From NCBI GenBank assembly GCA_934276735.1, contig CAKQTG010000001.1:350134-414133 (forward strand): a stretch of DNA of 64,000 bases. Reading direction: 5' to 3'. Position 1 is the first letter of the stretch. Each line of letters starts with the position of its first letter. Under the pieces are notes generated by a model. It saw only the letters and a program-made list of their open reading frames with translations, was not told where the DNA came from and ran no database searches. Shown here piece after piece: positions 35,683-46,831 of this stretch. Origin of the DNA: an uncultured Alphaproteobacteria bacterium (GTDB taxonomy: Bacteria; Pseudomonadota; Alphaproteobacteria; Rs-D84). Position numbers and translations under genes: made by a program.

Positions 35683-36156
35683 ATGTCAAGACGTAAAAGT
35701 GCAGCAAAACGCGAAATTCTGCCAGATTCCAAATACAACAATCTGGTTGTTGCAAAATGTATTAATATTGTTATGTGGGACGGCAAGAAAGAAGTTGCCG
35801 AAAATATCGTGTATGGTGCACTGGAAAAACTGAAGAAAGTTGCAAAAGACGGCGATGAATTGGCCGCATTCTTGGAAGCGGTTGATGCATTGAAACCATC
35901 AGTTGAGGTTAAAGGCCGTCGTGTTGGCGGTGCAACTTACCAGGTTCCTGTCGAAGTTCGTCCGGCGCGTCAACAGACATTGGCGTTGCGTTGGTTGGTG
36001 ATGTTCGCACGTAAACGTGGCGAACGCGCAATGGAAGATCGCTTGTTCGGTGAACTGCGTGATGCATTGTCAGGCCAGGGTGGTGCGTTCAAGAAAAAGA
36101 TTGATACGCATAAAATGGCAGATGCGAACAAGGCGTTTGCGCACTTCCGTTGGTAA
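35683..36156 (+). CDS. rpsG: 30S ribosomal protein S7
   Basis: [18 protein letters not shown]...; position after rpsL. Confidence 0.96.
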   Translation: MSRRKSAAKREILPDSKYNNLVVAKCINIVMWDGKKEVAENIVYGALEKLKKVAKDGDELAAFLEAVDALKPSVEVKGRRVGGATYQVPVEVRPARQQTLALRWLVMFARKRGERAMEDRLFGELRDALSGQGGAFKKKIDTHKMADANKAFAHFRW

Positions 36157-36213
36157 TTTTATCAACAAAACAACAAATTGGGTTAAAACAAAACATAAAC
36201 AAGGAAAGAATCT

Positions 36214-38295
36214 ATGTCAGTCGGAAAAACCGCACCTTTACATATGTACCGCAATATCGGCATTATGGCCCATATTGACGCGGGTAAAACAACAACATCA
36301 GAACGTATTCTTTTCTATACAGGAAAAACATATAAAATCGGCGAAGTTCACGATGGTGGCGCGACGATGGACTGGATGGAACAGGAACAAGAACGTGGCA
36401 TCACGATTACGTCTGCGGCAACAACGTGCTTTTGGCGTGATCACCGTATCAATTTGATTGATACCCCGGGACACGTTGACTTTACAATGGAAGTAGAACG
36501 TTCGCTGCGCGTTTTGGACGGCGCGGTCGCAGTGTTTGAATCTGTGTCCGGTGTTCAGCCCCAGACAGAAACTGTATGGCGTCAGGCGGATCGTTATAAT
36601 GTTCCACGTATTTGCTTTATCAATAAGATGGATCGTATTGGTGGAAACTTTTTCCGCTGTGTTGATATGATTCGTGAACGTTTGGGTGCAAATCCGTTGG
36701 TCATCAATTTCCCAATCGGCGCAGAATCTGATTTCCGTGGCGTTGTTGACGTCGTTGAAATGCGCGCCATTGTTTGGGAAGATGATTTGGGCAAGGACCC
36801 ACACATCAAAGAAATCCCAGAAGATTTGCGCGAAAAAGCCGAAGAATTGCACAACAAATTGATTGAAGAAGTTGTGACACTGGACGATGATATTATGGAA
36901 GCCTATATGGAAGGCAACAAACCAGATGTCGCCACAATCAAAAAGTTGATTCGCAAGGGAACAATCGCCCAGAACTTTAACCCGGTATTGTGCGGAACAG
37001 CGTTCAAGAACAAGGGTGTTCAGCCGTTGTTGGATGCAATCGTTGACTATCTGCCCAGCCCATTGGATGTCCCGGCAATCAAGGGAACCAAGATGGACCG
37101 TGAAACAGTCACCGAACGTCACCCAGATCCAAAAGAACCGTTCAGCGCGCTGGCGTTCAAGGTTGCAAATGACCCGTTCGTTGGAAACTTGATGTTCATC
37201 CGTATCTATTCTGGTAAATTGACATCGGGCTCTTATATCTACAATTCTAACCGTGACAAACGTGAACGTGTTGGTCGTATGTTGTTGATGCATTCTAATC
37301 AACGCGAAGAAATCAAAGAAGCGTCCGCAGGCGACATTATCACATTGGTTGGTATGAAAGAAACAATCACTGGTGATACACTGTGCGACGAAGCGAATCC
37401 GATTATCTTGGAAAATATTCACGTTCCAGAACCGGTTATCAGCATTGCGGTTGAACCCAAGACCAAGGCCGACATTGAAAAGATGTCCTTGGGATTGCAG
37501 GCGTTGGCCAAAGAAGATCCGTCGTTCCGCGTGTCGGTTGACGAAGAATCTGGCCAGACAATTTTGGCCGGTGTTGGTGAATTGCACTTGGAAATTTTGG
37601 TTGATCGTCTGTTGCGCGAATTCAAGGTTGATGTGAACGTTGGTGAACCACGTATTGCATACCGTGAAACATTCCGCAAACCGGTTACCGAAGAATACAC
37701 CCACAAGAAACAGTCTGGTGGTTCGGGTCAGTATGCCCAGGTTAAAATTGAATTTGAACCGTTGGAACCGGGCAAAGGATACGAATTTGAAAACAAGATT
37801 GTCGGTGGTGCGATTCCAAAAGAATACATCCCGGGTGTTGAAAAGGGTTTAAAGATAGCCCAACAGACAGGTGTTCTGATTGGCTATCCGACAGTGGATT
37901 TCAAGGCTACATTGGTTGATGGTAAATATCACGAAGTTGACTCCAATGTATTGTGCTTTGAAATTGCGGCGCGTGCTTGCTTCCGCGAAGCTATGAAAAA
38001 AGCATCGCCAAAGTTGCTGGAACCGATTATGAAGCTTTCGGTCAATACACCGGAAGAATACGTCGGTGACATTATCGGTGACTTGAACAGCCGCCGCGGA
38101 CAAATCAATGGCATTGAAACGCAGTTTGGTAACCAGCAGATTTCAGCCTATGTTCCGTTGGCAAATCTGTTCGGATATGTCAAGACCTTGCGTTCTTTGT
38201 CCCAGGGGCGTGCAAATCCATATATGGAATTGTCGCACTATGACGAAGTGCCGCAGAACGTCGCAGATGAGGTTATCAAAAAGCTGACGAAGTAA
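36214..38295 (+). CDS. fusA: Elongation factor G
   Basis: 693 aa. [33 protein letters not shown]. Confidence 0.97.
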   Translation: MSVGKTAPLHMYRNIGIMAHIDAGKTTTSERILFYTGKTYKIGEVHDGGATMDWMEQEQERGITITSAATTCFWRDHRINLIDTPGHVDFTMEVERSLRVLDGAVAVFESVSGVQPQTETVWRQADRYNVPRICFINKMDRIGGNFFRCVDMIRERLGANPLVINFPIGAESDFRGVVDVVEMRAIVWEDDLGKDPHIKEIPEDLREKAEELHNKLIEEVVTLDDDIMEAYMEGNKPDVATIKKLIRKGTIAQNFNPVLCGTAFKNKGVQPLLDAIVDYLPSPLDVPAIKGTKMDRETVTERHPDPKEPFSALAFKVANDPFVGNLMFIRIYSGKLTSGSYIYNSNRDKRERVGRMLLMHSNQREEIKEASAGDIITLVGMKETITGDTLCDEANPIILENIHVPEPVISIAVEPKTKADIEKMSLGLQALAKEDPSFRVSVDEESGQTILAGVGELHLEILVDRLLREFKVDVNVGEPRIAYRETFRKPVTEEYTHKKQSGGSGQYAQVKIEFEPLEPGKGYEFENKIVGGAIPKEYIPGVEKGLKIAQQTGVLIGYPTVDFKATLVDGKYHEVDSNVLCFEIAARACFREAMKKASPKLLEPIMKLSVNTPEEYVGDIIGDLNSRRGQINGIETQFGNQQISAYVPLANLFGYVKTLRSLSQGRANPYMELSHYDEVPQNVADEVIKKLTK

Positions 38296-38422
38296 AGAAA
38301 AAAATAATAAAAAAAAGATTGTGATTTTTGATTTCTGGTTTATTATTGGGTTTGAAATCCAAAAAATCGGAAATCAAATTTCGAAATCGTTTTAACAAGC
38401 CAAAGCCTAAGGAGAAAAAACT

Positions 38423-39610
38423 ATGGCAAAAGAAAAGTACGTAAGAACCAAACCGCATGTGAATGTTGGTACTATCGGTCACGTTGACCACGGTAAAACA
38501 ACATTGACTGCTGCTATCGTTCATTACTATGGTGTCGGCGCCGATAAAGAAAAGGGCGTTGATAAAATCGATAACGCACCAGAAGAACGTGCACGTGGTA
38601 TAACAATCAATACTGCACACGTTGAATATGAAACAGAACATCGCCACTATGCGCACGTTGACTGCCCGGGACACGCGGACTATGTTAAAAACATGATTAC
38701 CGGTGCGGCCCAGATGGACGGTGCTATCTTGGTTGTTGCTGCAACTGATGGTCCAATGCCTCAGACCCGTGAACACATCTTGTTGGCGCGTCAGGTTGGT
38801 ATTCCAAAAATTGTTGTTTATTTGAACAAATGCGATTTGGCGAACGATCCTGAATTGTTGGAATTGGTCGAAATGGAAATCCGCGAACTGTTGTCCGCAA
38901 ATGATTTCGACGGTGACAATGCACCAATCATCCGTGGTTCTGCTGTTTCCGCATTGGAAGGCAAAAACGACGGTTTGGGCAAAGAATCTATCGACGCGTT
39001 GTTAAAGGCGTTGGATGAATACATCCCACTGCCAGAACGTCCAGTTGATAAGCCGTTCTTGATGCCAATCGAAGACGTATTCTCGATCACGGGTCGTGGT
39101 ACCGTTGTTACAGGCCGTATCGAATCCGGCACTGTCAAGGTTGGTGACGAATGCGAAATCGTTGGTTTGCGTCCAACACAGAAAACAACAGTTACTGGCG
39201 TAGAAATGTTCCGCAAGATGTTGGATCAGGGTGAAGCCGGTGATAACGTTGGTTTGCTGTTGCGTGGAACCAAGAAGGAAGATGTTGAACGTGGCCAGAT
39301 TATCTGCAAACCAGGTTCCATCACACCACACACAGAATTTGAAGCCGAAGTTTATATCTTGACGAAAGAAGAAGGTGGACGTCACACAGCGTTCTTCAGC
39401 AACTATCGTCCTCAGTTCTACTTCAGCACAACAGACGTAACTGGTACAATCACATTGCCAGCAGACAAAGAAATGGTTCTGCCAGGCGATAACGTTCGTA
39501 TCTCTGTGCAATTGATTGCACCTATTGCTATGAGCGAAGGCCGTCGCTTTGCTATCCGTGAAGGCGGACGCACAGTTGGCGCTGGTGTTGTATCTAAAAT
39601 TGTTAAATAA
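38423..39610 (+). CDS. tuf: Elongation factor Tu
   Basis: 395 aa. [24 protein letters not shown](L). Confidence 0.98.
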   Translation: MAKEKYVRTKPHVNVGTIGHVDHGKTTLTAAIVHYYGVGADKEKGVDKIDNAPEERARGITINTAHVEYETEHRHYAHVDCPGHADYVKNMITGAAQMDGAILVVAATDGPMPQTREHILLARQVGIPKIVVYLNKCDLANDPELLELVEMEIRELLSANDFDGDNAPIIRGSAVSALEGKNDGLGKESIDALLKALDEYIPLPERPVDKPFLMPIEDVFSITGRGTVVTGRIESGTVKVGDECEIVGLRPTQKTTVTGVEMFRKMLDQGEAGDNVGLLLRGTKKEDVERGQIICKPGSITPHTEFEAEVYILTKEEGGRHTAFFSNYRPQFYFSTTDVTGTITLPADKEMVLPGDNVRISVQLIAPIAMSEGRRFAIREGGRTVGAGVVSKIVK

Positions 39611-39691
39611 GTAACAGGTCGCGGGTCGGTGTAACTGGATAAAATAACGCCAGTGATTACCGGCCCGGATAAACATAAGGAAAACGAACAA

Positions 39692-40003
39692 ATGGTACCT
39701 GCATCTAAAATTCGAATCAAATTGACAGCATTTGACCATCGCGTATTGATGGAATCTGTTGATGAAATCGTCAAAACAGCAAAGCGCACAGGCGCAGATG
39801 TCGTTGGACCCGTTCGCTTGCCGACATTGGTTCAGAAATTTACAGTCAACCGTTCGCCACACGTTGATAAAAAATCACGCGAACAGTTCGAAATCCGCAA
39901 TCACAAGGCGGTCGTAGATATTGTGAATCCAACCCCTCAGACAGTTGATGCCTTGATGAAGTTGGATTTGGCATCTGGTGTTGATGTAAAAATTAAATTG
40001 TAA
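39692..40003 (+). CDS. rpsJ: 30S ribosomal protein S10
   Basis: The track ORF is trimmed to [23 protein letters not shown]... (103 aa). Confidence 0.93.
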   Translation: MVPASKIRIKLTAFDHRVLMESVDEIVKTAKRTGADVVGPVRLPTLVQKFTVNRSPHVDKKSREQFEIRNHKAVVDIVNPTPQTVDALMKLDLASGVDVKIKL

Positions 40004-40082
40004 AATTGAAACGTTGTTAGCGTCGGTCCCCGGATTCTGAACGAGGGCAGCCGACCTACTGACAGAATAAAAGGCATAAAAA

Positions 40083-40793
40083 ATGAAACGTAGCGGATTG
40101 ATTACAACAAAAATAGGAATGACGCGTCTGTATGATGATGCCGGCGCAGCCCACCCAGTAACGGTTTTGTCTGTGGGTGATTGCACCGTCATTGGAAATC
40201 GCACGCAAGAAAAGAACGGCTATGTCGCGAATATTTTGGGTATGCGCGAAGCCAAGGCAAAGCATGTTGCCAAACCCCAGGCAATTGCAGCAGAAAAGGC
40301 AGGGGTAAAGCCGTATCGCAAGGTTGTCGAATTCCGCGTATCGGATGACTGTGTTATCCCAGCGGGGACAGTTTTGTCTGCGTCTCATTTTGTTGCCGGT
40401 CAATTTGTCGATGTCCAAGCGACAAGCAAAGGTAAAGGCTTTCAGGGTGCAATGAAACGCCACAACTTCGGTGGTAAAGAAGCAACCCACGGTGTTTTAA
40501 AGGCGCATCGTTCATTGGGTGGTACTGGTATGCGTGAATGGCCAGGCCGCGTTCTGAAAGGTAAAAAGATGGCCGGTCAGATGGGTAATGAAACAGTTAC
40601 TGTCCAGAATCTGAAAGTTTTCGGAACAGACGCGACTGAAAATCTGATTTTCGTCGAAGGCGCGGTTCCGGGTGCAAACGGCACATTCGTTCTGATTACC
40701 GATGCGGTAAAGAAAGAACAGAAAGATTTGCCAGTTCCGACTGTTGCAAATGTGACAGAAGCAACGGCAGAAACAGAAACTGTTGCAGAATAA
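40083..40793 (+). CDS. rplC: 50S ribosomal protein L3
   Basis: MKRSGLITTKIGMTRLYD...; Gln-containing FQGAMKRHNF motif. Confidence 0.95.
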   Translation: MKRSGLITTKIGMTRLYDDAGAAHPVTVLSVGDCTVIGNRTQEKNGYVANILGMREAKAKHVAKPQAIAAEKAGVKPYRKVVEFRVSDDCVIPAGTVLSASHFVAGQFVDVQATSKGKGFQGAMKRHNFGGKEATHGVLKAHRSLGGTGMREWPGRVLKGKKMAGQMGNETVTVQNLKVFGTDATENLIFVEGAVPGANGTFVLITDAVKKEQKDLPVPTVANVTEATAETETVAE

Positions 40794-40826
40794 CAATGGG
40801 TCAACAGCAAAGTAAGGTGAATTAAA

Positions 40827-41447
40827 ATGCAAATAGACATTATAAATTTTGATGGCAAAGCGGTTGGCAAAGTTGAATTGGCCGACAGCATCTTTGGTTT
40901 GGACCCACGCGCAGACATTCTGCACCGGGTTGTTACCTGGCAGCGCGCGAACGCCCGTGCCGGCACACATGCGGTAAAGACCGTATCTGATGTCGAAGGC
41001 AGCGGCAAAAAAGCGTTCAAACAAAAGAAAACTGGTAATGCACGCCAGGGTGAAAAATACAATGTTCACATGCGTGGCGGTGGCGTTGTTCATGGACCGG
41101 TTGTCCGTGACCACTCTATCGATTTGCCAAAGAAAATTCGCAGCTTGGGTCTGAAGATGGCGTTGTCATCCAAGGCAAAAGACGGCAGCTTGGTCGTTAT
41201 CGATTCTGAAAAGTTGTCAGCGGCAAAGACTGGCGCATTTGCGAAACAGTTAAAGAAACTGGGTCTGAATTCAGTTCTGTTCGTTGGTGCGGACAAGTTG
41301 GACGAAAACTTCAAGAAATCTGCGGCTAACATCGCGAACGTTGATGCGTTGCCGACGATTGGTTTGAATGTTTTGGATATCTTGAAACATGAAAAATTGG
41401 TTTTGACGGCTGACGCGGTCAAAGCGGTAGAAGCAAGATTGGCATAA
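40827..41447 (+). CDS. rplD: 50S ribosomal protein L4
   Basis: 206 aa. ...VTWQRANARAGTHAVKT..., KQKKTGNARQG; operon position. Confidence 0.93.
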   Translation: MQIDIINFDGKAVGKVELADSIFGLDPRADILHRVVTWQRANARAGTHAVKTVSDVEGSGKKAFKQKKTGNARQGEKYNVHMRGGGVVHGPVVRDHSIDLPKKIRSLGLKMALSSKAKDGSLVVIDSEKLSAAKTGAFAKQLKKLGLNSVLFVGADKLDENFKKSAANIANVDALPTIGLNVLDILKHEKLVLTADAVKAVEARLA

Positions 41448-41464
41448 AATAAAAGGTCAATAAA

Positions 41465-41791
41465 ATGGCAGAAAAGAAAGTTGAAAAGAAAATCGTTGCG
41501 ACCGCCGGTATTTATGATATACTGCGTCGTCCGATAATCTCGGAAAAGACTGCAAAGTTGTCCGAGAGCAATGGTATTGCGTTCGAAGTTGCAGCGGACG
41601 CCACAAAAGAAGATGTGGCACGTGCAATTCAGGCGATTTACAATGTAAAGCCGACCAAGGTGAACATTGTTGTTGCCAAGGGCAAGGTTAAATCCTTCCG
41701 TGGTCGCTGCAGCGGCACACAACGCACTGTAAAGAAGGCATATGTGTCTTTGCCAGCCGATGCGAAATTGGATTTGGCGGCAAACGCATAA
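41465..41791 (+). CDS. rplW: 50S ribosomal protein L23
   Basis: YDILRRPIISEKT...; operon position. Confidence 0.9.
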   Translation: MAEKKVEKKIVATAGIYDILRRPIISEKTAKLSESNGIAFEVAADATKEDVARAIQAIYNVKPTKVNIVVAKGKVKSFRGRCSGTQRTVKKAYVSLPADAKLDLAANA

Positions 41792-41867
41792 GTAAAAATC
41801 GTCTGGGCAGAGAATCCGGAATCTCTGGACGTTAGTGCCCAGACAGGAAACATAAGGTAAGAAAAAA

Positions 41868-42701
41868 ATGGCATTAAAGCATTACAAGCCGATGACCCCG
41901 GGAACCCGTGGCTTGACCCAGGTTGACCGCAGCGAATTGCATCGCGGCGCGCCGGAAAAGGCATTGACAGTCGGCTTAAAATCCAAGGGTGGTCGTAACA
42001 ATTTTGGTCATGTGACCGTTATGCACCAGGGTGGTGGTCACAAACGTAAATATCGTTTGATTGACTTTGATCGTAAAAAGACAGGCGTTCCTGCGACAGT
42101 TGTTCGTTTGGAATATGACCCGAACCGCACTGCGTTTATCGCATTGATTGAATACAAAGATGGCGTGCGTTCATATATTTTGGCACCACGTGATTTAAAG
42201 GCTGGGGATGTTGTTATCTCGGGCACACGTGAAGATATCAAGCCGGGTAATGCGATGCCATTAAAAAATATGCCAATCGGAACGATTGTGCACAACGTTG
42301 AACTGAAACCGGGTGCTGGCGGTCAATTGGCGCGTAGTGCCGGTTGCTATGCTCAGTTAATGGGTAAGGACGGCGTTTATGCACAGATTAAAATGAACAG
42401 TGGTGAATTGCGCAAAGTTCATTCCGATTGTATGGCCACAGTTGGCAGCGTTTCCAATCCGGACCAACGCAATGTCAATTTGGGCAAGGCCGGTCGCGCA
42501 CGTTGGTTGGGCATCCGTCCATCTGTCCGCGGTATGGCGATGAACCCGAACGATCACCCGATGGGTGGTGGTAATGGTCATTCCAAGGGCCACGAACCTG
42601 TGTCGCGTACTGGTATTCCAGCCAAGGGATATCGCACTCGCAGCAACAAACGTACTGCAAAGATGATTATCCGCAGCAGACATTTGGCAAAGAAGAAATA
42701 A
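41868..42701 (+). CDS. rplB: 50S ribosomal protein L2
   Basis: [15 protein letters not shown]..., [24 protein letters not shown]. Confidence 0.97.
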   Translation: MALKHYKPMTPGTRGLTQVDRSELHRGAPEKALTVGLKSKGGRNNFGHVTVMHQGGGHKRKYRLIDFDRKKTGVPATVVRLEYDPNRTAFIALIEYKDGVRSYILAPRDLKAGDVVISGTREDIKPGNAMPLKNMPIGTIVHNVELKPGAGGQLARSAGCYAQLMGKDGVYAQIKMNSGELRKVHSDCMATVGSVSNPDQRNVNLGKAGRARWLGIRPSVRGMAMNPNDHPMGGGNGHSKGHEPVSRTGIPAKGYRTRSNKRTAKMIIRSRHLAKKK

Positions 42702-42708
42702 TAAATAG

Positions 42709-42731
42709 CCCTGCATCTATATGGTGCAGGG
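42709..42731 (+). other. Intercistronic hairpin with TATAT pentaloop (rplB|rpsS)
   Basis: CCCTGCATC-TATAT-GGTGCAGGG. Confidence 0.7.
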
Positions 42732-42755
42732 GAATACAGAAAAACGGAGTAATTG

Positions 42756-43037
42756 ATGTCTCGTTCAGTTTGGAAAGGTCCGTATGTTCACCCATCTGTC
42801 TTGAAAAAGACCGCTGTGGCGAATGAAAAAGATGACCGTAAACCAATTAAAACTTGGTCACGCGGCAGCACAATTGTGCCGCCGATGGTTGGGCTGACTT
42901 TTGAAGTCCATAATGGTAATAAATTTATCCCTGTGTCTATTGTTGAAGATATGATTGGGCACAAATTGGGTGAATTTGCACCAACACGCACGTTCAAAGG
43001 TCATGCGGCGAATAAAAAGGCCGCTGCCAAGAAATAA
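42756..43037 (+). CDS. rpsS: 30S ribosomal protein S19
   Basis: [11 protein letters not shown]... The start is ATG 42756; the track start 42753 is a TTG. Confidence 0.95.
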   Translation: MSRSVWKGPYVHPSVLKKTAVANEKDDRKPIKTWSRGSTIVPPMVGLTFEVHNGNKFIPVSIVEDMIGHKLGEFAPTRTFKGHAANKKAAAKK

Positions 43038-43038
43038 T

Positions 43039-43055
43039 GATTTCTATATGGAATC
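43039..43055 (+). other. Intercistronic hairpin with TATAT pentaloop (rpsS|rplV)
   Basis: GATTTC-TATAT-GGAATC. Confidence 0.6.
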
Positions 43056-43079
43056 TGCAAGAATATAAGGTAAGTAGTT

Positions 43080-43490
43080 ATGACAACGACAAGATATGGA
43101 ATCAAAGATAATCAGGTTCGCGCGTTCAATAAAATGATTCGCGTCAGCCACCAGAAATTAAATCTGGTTTGCGATACCGTCCGCGGTTTGCCGGTCGATC
43201 GCGCAATTGATGTCTTGAAATTTTCTAAAAAACGCGTATCTGGCGAAGTCTTGAAGACTTTGATGTCCGCGATTGCAAATGCAGAACACAACAAAAATCT
43301 GTCGGCAGACACATTGTTTGTTAAAGAAATTTGGTGTGGCAAGGCTTTGACAATGAAACGCATCATGGCTGGTCCACGTGGCAGTGCACGTCCAATTTTG
43401 AAACCTTTTTCTAATTTGACAATCGTTTTGGAATCTGGTGCGGCGCCAACAAAGAAAACAGCAGAAAAAACTGCGAAAAAGGCAAAATAG
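43080..43490 (+). CDS. rplV: 50S ribosomal protein L22
   Basis: ...KMIRVSHQKLNLVCDTVRGLPVDRAIDVLKFS...; operon position. Confidence 0.93.
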   Translation: MTTTRYGIKDNQVRAFNKMIRVSHQKLNLVCDTVRGLPVDRAIDVLKFSKKRVSGEVLKTLMSAIANAEHNKNLSADTLFVKEIWCGKALTMKRIMAGPRGSARPILKPFSNLTIVLESGAAPTKKTAEKTAKKAK

Positions 43491-43527
43491 TAAAACCGTG
43501 GCACGTGGTATGGGGTAACCCTGAATA

Positions 43528-43542
43528 AAACCTATATGGTTT
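43528..43542 (+). other. Intercistronic hairpin with TATAT pentaloop (rplV|rpsC)
   Basis: AAACC-TATAT-GGTTT, nested inside a longer imperfect stem (TGGCACGTG...CATGTGCCA, about 43499-43557). Confidence 0.55.
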
Positions 43543-43578
43543 CAAGAACATGTGCCATAAACGTAAGGAAAAAATAAG

Positions 43579-44280
43579 ATGGGACAGAAAGTATCACCAA
43601 TCTCATTGCGCGAATTTATCAATAAAATTACTGATTCGCGTTGGATAGCGGGCAAAAAGGACTATGCGAACCTGTTGGCCGAAGATATTAAAATTCGCAA
43701 ATTTATTGAAAAGAAACTGAAAAAAGCCGGTCTGGCCAAGGTTGTCATTGAACGCTTTGCCAAAAAGGTTGTTGTGACAATTCACACATCACGTCCGGGT
43801 ATGATTATCGGTAAAAATGGTGCCGACATCGAAGCACTGCGTAACGATATAAAAAAATTGGTTAAAAATGACCAGGTTGTTGTGAATATCTACGAAGTTC
43901 GTCGACCAGATTTGAATGCCCAGTTGGTTGCACAGAACATTGCCCAGCAGATTGAAGGTCGTGTTTCGTTCAAACGTGCAATGAAAAAGGCGGTTCAAAA
44001 TGCACAGAAAGCAGGTGCCCAGGGTATCAAAGTAATGTGCAGTGGTCGTCTGAACGGTGCAGAAATTGCCCGCAGCGAACAAATCCGCGAAGGTCGTATT
44101 CCTTTGCATACATTGCGTGCTGATATTGACTATGCGTCAATTCAGGCGAAAACAACCTATGGCGTTATCGGTGTAAAGGTTTGGATTTACACAGGTGACG
44201 TTGTGAACAAGGAAAAGCTGGCTTCTGAAATGGCACGCCCAACTGAATATGCCGGCAGCAGCGAAAAGAGAAACAAGTAA
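43579..44280 (+). CDS. rpsC: 30S ribosomal protein S3
   Basis: [11 protein letters not shown]..., KH domain, ...[10 protein letters not shown]. Confidence 0.96.
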   Translation: MGQKVSPISLREFINKITDSRWIAGKKDYANLLAEDIKIRKFIEKKLKKAGLAKVVIERFAKKVVVTIHTSRPGMIIGKNGADIEALRNDIKKLVKNDQVVVNIYEVRRPDLNAQLVAQNIAQQIEGRVSFKRAMKKAVQNAQKAGAQGIKVMCSGRLNGAEIARSEQIREGRIPLHTLRADIDYASIQAKTTYGVIGVKVWIYTGDVVNKEKLASEMARPTEYAGSSEKRNK

Positions 44281-44286
44281 TTTTTG

Positions 44287-44307
44287 CTGGCATCTATATG
44301 GTGCCGG
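44287..44307 (+). other. Intercistronic hairpin with TATAT pentaloop (rpsC|rplP)
   Basis: CTGGCATC-TATAT-GGTGCCGG. Confidence 0.7.
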
Positions 44308-44347
44308 AGAAAACAAAAATTAGCAAAGCAATAAAAGGTAGTTTATT

Positions 44348-44761
44348 ATGTTGATGCCAAATAAAACAAAGTTTCGCAAACAGCACAAAGGCCGTATTCA
44401 CGGCGTCGCCAAGGGCGGCAGCGAACTGGCATTTGGTTCGTTTGGACTGAAAGCCATGACACCAGAACGCGTGACCGCGCGTCAAATCGAAGCGGCACGT
44501 CGCGCAATCACACGTCATATGAAACGTATGGGTAAATTGTGGATTCGTATTTTCCCTGACGTTCCTGTGACCAAGAAGCCAGCCGAAGTCCGTATGGGTA
44601 AAGGTAAGGGTGCGGTTGAATACTGGATTTGCCGTGTAAAACCAGGTCGTATCATGTTCGAAATTGACGGTGTTAAACCTGAAATCGCATACGAGGCGTT
44701 TGCACTGGCTGCGGCAAAGTTACCGGTTAAAACCAAAATTGTTGAACGCAAAGCTAACTAA
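44348..44761 (+). CDS. rplP: 50S ribosomal protein L16
   Basis: [16 protein letters not shown]... Confidence 0.96.
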   Translation: MLMPNKTKFRKQHKGRIHGVAKGGSELAFGSFGLKAMTPERVTARQIEAARRAITRHMKRMGKLWIRIFPDVPVTKKPAEVRMGKGKGAVEYWICRVKPGRIMFEIDGVKPEIAYEAFALAAAKLPVKTKIVERKAN

Positions 44762-44784
44762 TTTAAACAGAAAAGGTTTATAAA

Positions 44785-44979
44785 ATGGCAGAAAAGAAAG
44801 TTGCAAAAGAATCTTTGACAGTCGAAGCTTTGCAGAGCGAACTGGCTGATTTAAAGAAAGAGCAAATGAACCAGCGTTTCCAACACGCTGCGGGTCAGTT
44901 GCCCAAATCGCATGTCATTCGTCAGACTCGTCGTGAAATCGCACGCGTCAAGACTAAATTGAATGCGGACAAAAAATAA
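44785..44979 (+). CDS. rpmC: 50S ribosomal protein L29
   Basis: 64 aa. ...LKKEQMNQRFQHAAGQL...; operon position. Confidence 0.9.
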   Translation: MAEKKVAKESLTVEALQSELADLKKEQMNQRFQHAAGQLPKSHVIRQTRREIARVKTKLNADKK

Positions 44980-45134
44980 AAAATTGTCGATTTTTGTTGA
45001 GATTTCTAAAAAATTAGTTATCATACACCGAAATCGGTAAGATGAACCCAAGGAATCAGTTGCTGTTTTGCGCGTTTTAGTGTAGAATGGACGCCGCAAA
45101 ACAAGCGCTGGGCAAATGTATAAGGACACAAGTT

Positions 45135-45404
45135 ATGCCAAGACGTATACTGCAGGGAACAGTTAAAAGTACAGCGAACGACAAAACTGTCGTCGTCGAA
45201 GTGGAACGCCGTTTCCGTCATCCGCTGTATGGCAAGTTCGTAAAGCAGAACAAAAAGTATAAGGCGCACGATGAAAACAACGAATACAAGGTTGGTGACA
45301 TCGTTGCAATTGAAGAACATCGTCCAATCTCCAAGACAAAATCTTGGGTGGTCAAGGGACGCGTTGGCGTTTCCAAGGACGAATCAGTCGAGGTCGCAGA
45401 CTAA
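45135..45404 (+). CDS. rpsQ: 30S ribosomal protein S17
   Basis: The track ORF is trimmed to [34 protein letters not shown]... Confidence 0.93.
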   Translation: MPRRILQGTVKSTANDKTVVVEVERRFRHPLYGKFVKQNKKYKAHDENNEYKVGDIVAIEEHRPISKTKSWVVKGRVGVSKDESVEVAD

Positions 45405-45518
45405 GACTGGCCTGGACAGGGTCTTTGAGGTCGGTGTTGCGCACGCAACATGCGGACAGTCGGGCCCTATAACAAAGCGGCGGGGGATTGCCCCGCGCGC
45501 AGGACAAGGAAAAAAGTT

Positions 45519-45893
45519 ATGATTCAGAATGAAACAGTTATGACAGTCGCTGACAACTCTGGCGCACGTAAAGCAATGTGCATCAAGGTTTTGGGCGGTT
45601 CCCACCGTCGTTATGCGACAGTTGGCGATAAAATTGTCGTCGCCATCAAAGAAGCGATTCCACGTGGCAAGGTCCAGAAAGGAACAGTTCAACGTGCAAT
45701 CATCGTTCGCACAAAATTCCCGGTAAAACGTCCGGACGGATCTATTATCCGCTTTGACGATAACGCGGTTGTTTTGATAAACAAAAACAATTTTGAACCG
45801 ATTGGCACACGTATCTTTGGGCCAATTGCACGTGAAGTTCGCCGCAAATACGATGTTCAGAAAATCGTATCTCTGGCACCGGAAGTTATATAG
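45519..45893 (+). CDS. rplN: 50S ribosomal protein L14
   Basis: The track ORF is trimmed to [27 protein letters not shown]... Confidence 0.96.
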   Translation: MIQNETVMTVADNSGARKAMCIKVLGGSHRRYATVGDKIVVAIKEAIPRGKVQKGTVQRAIIVRTKFPVKRPDGSIIRFDDNAVVLINKNNFEPIGTRIFGPIAREVRRKYDVQKIVSLAPEVI

Positions 45894-45915
45894 TCTGAAA
45901 TAAAGGGTTATAAAG

Positions 45916-46218
45916 ATGAAAATCAAAAAAGGCGACGAAGTCGTAGTTATTTCGGGAAAATACAAGGGTGTCAAAGGCAAAGTGCTGGAAGCGCGCCCAA
46001 CAGAATCCCGCGTTGTGGTCGAAGGTGTCAACCGCCACAAATGGCATGTCAAACCAACCCAGGACCAGCCAGGTCACATTGTTGACCGCGAAGCACCGGT
46101 CCATGTTTCCAACGTTGCGTTGGTTGACCCAAAGACGAAAAAAGCAACCCGCGTTGGATATAAAATGTCCGGCGACAAAAAGGTTCGTGTTGCTAAGAAG
46201 TCTGGCACAGAATTATAA
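45916..46218 (+). CDS. rplX: 50S ribosomal protein L24
   Basis: [22 protein letters not shown] (KOW motif). Confidence 0.94.
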   Translation: MKIKKGDEVVVISGKYKGVKGKVLEARPTESRVVVEGVNRHKWHVKPTQDQPGHIVDREAPVHVSNVALVDPKTKKATRVGYKMSGDKKVRVAKKSGTEL

Positions 46219-46227
46219 GAATAATCG

Positions 46228-46247
46228 GTTCCCGCTGTTACGGGAAC
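46228..46247 (+). other. Intercistronic hairpin with CTGTTA loop (rplX|rplE)
   Basis: GTTCCCG-CTGTTA-CGGGAAC. Confidence 0.65.
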
Positions 46248-46267
46248 GTAAAGTGTAAGGATAAAAA

Positions 46268-46813
46268 ATGCAAAGCAGATTGCGTGAAATTTATGAAAAA
46301 GAAATTGTACCTGAATTGATTAAAGAATTCGGATACACAAATGCGTTCGCAGTGCCAAAATTGTCCAAAATTGTTTTGAACATGGGGGTTGGTGCCGCTG
46401 TCAGCGATAAAAAGAAATTGGATTCTGCCGCGGCAGATTTGACCGCGATTGCAGCCCAAAAGTCTGTTATCACACATGCAAAAAAATCCATCGCGACATA
46501 TCGTCTGCGCGAAGGTCAGCCTATTGGAACCAAGGTCACACTGCGTGGTAAAAGAATGTATGACTTCTTGGATAAACTGATTACGGTTGCATTGCCGCGT
46601 GTCAAGGACTTTCGTGGTTTGTCAAAATCTAAATTTGATGGTCGTGGCAACTATGCGTTCGGTATCAAGGAACACTTGATTTTCCCGGAAATTTCCGTGG
46701 ACAAGATTGACGCAATTCGCGGTATGGACATCGTCATCGCGACAACAGCGAAAACTGACGACGAGGCACGTGCGTTGCTGACGAAAATCGGCTTGCCGTT
46801 GGTTTTGAAATAA
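46268..46813 (+). CDS. rplE: 50S ribosomal protein L5
   Basis: ...[21 protein letters not shown]...[13 protein letters not shown]... Confidence 0.95.
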   Translation: MQSRLREIYEKEIVPELIKEFGYTNAFAVPKLSKIVLNMGVGAAVSDKKKLDSAAADLTAIAAQKSVITHAKKSIATYRLREGQPIGTKVTLRGKRMYDFLDKLITVALPRVKDFRGLSKSKFDGRGNYAFGIKEHLIFPEISVDKIDAIRGMDIVIATTAKTDDEARALLTKIGLPLVLK

Positions 46814-46831
46814 TTATAAAAGGGTATAAAA

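Noticed and set aside
36298-37704. A 468-aa ORF antisense to fusA. Similar long antisense ORFs occur at 39002-39862 (tuf), 47686-48390 (rplF), 48406-49377 (rpsE), 50222-51295 (secY), 33675-34748 (OMP genes) and 5717-6375 (tolB).
   Set aside because: They lie entirely opposite genes with unmistakable conserved products. They have odd compositions rich in Cys, His, Arg, Asn and Phe, and they lack an RBS. They are the usual shadow ORFs produced by codon bias on the opposite strand.
38296-38422. The AT-rich fusA-tuf spacer with GATTTTTGATTTCT / GAAATC repeats, considered as a possible regulatory RNA.
   Set aside because: These are only short, imperfect low-complexity repeats. One similar motif occurs after rpmC, but the evidence is too weak to call a feature without a genome-wide census.
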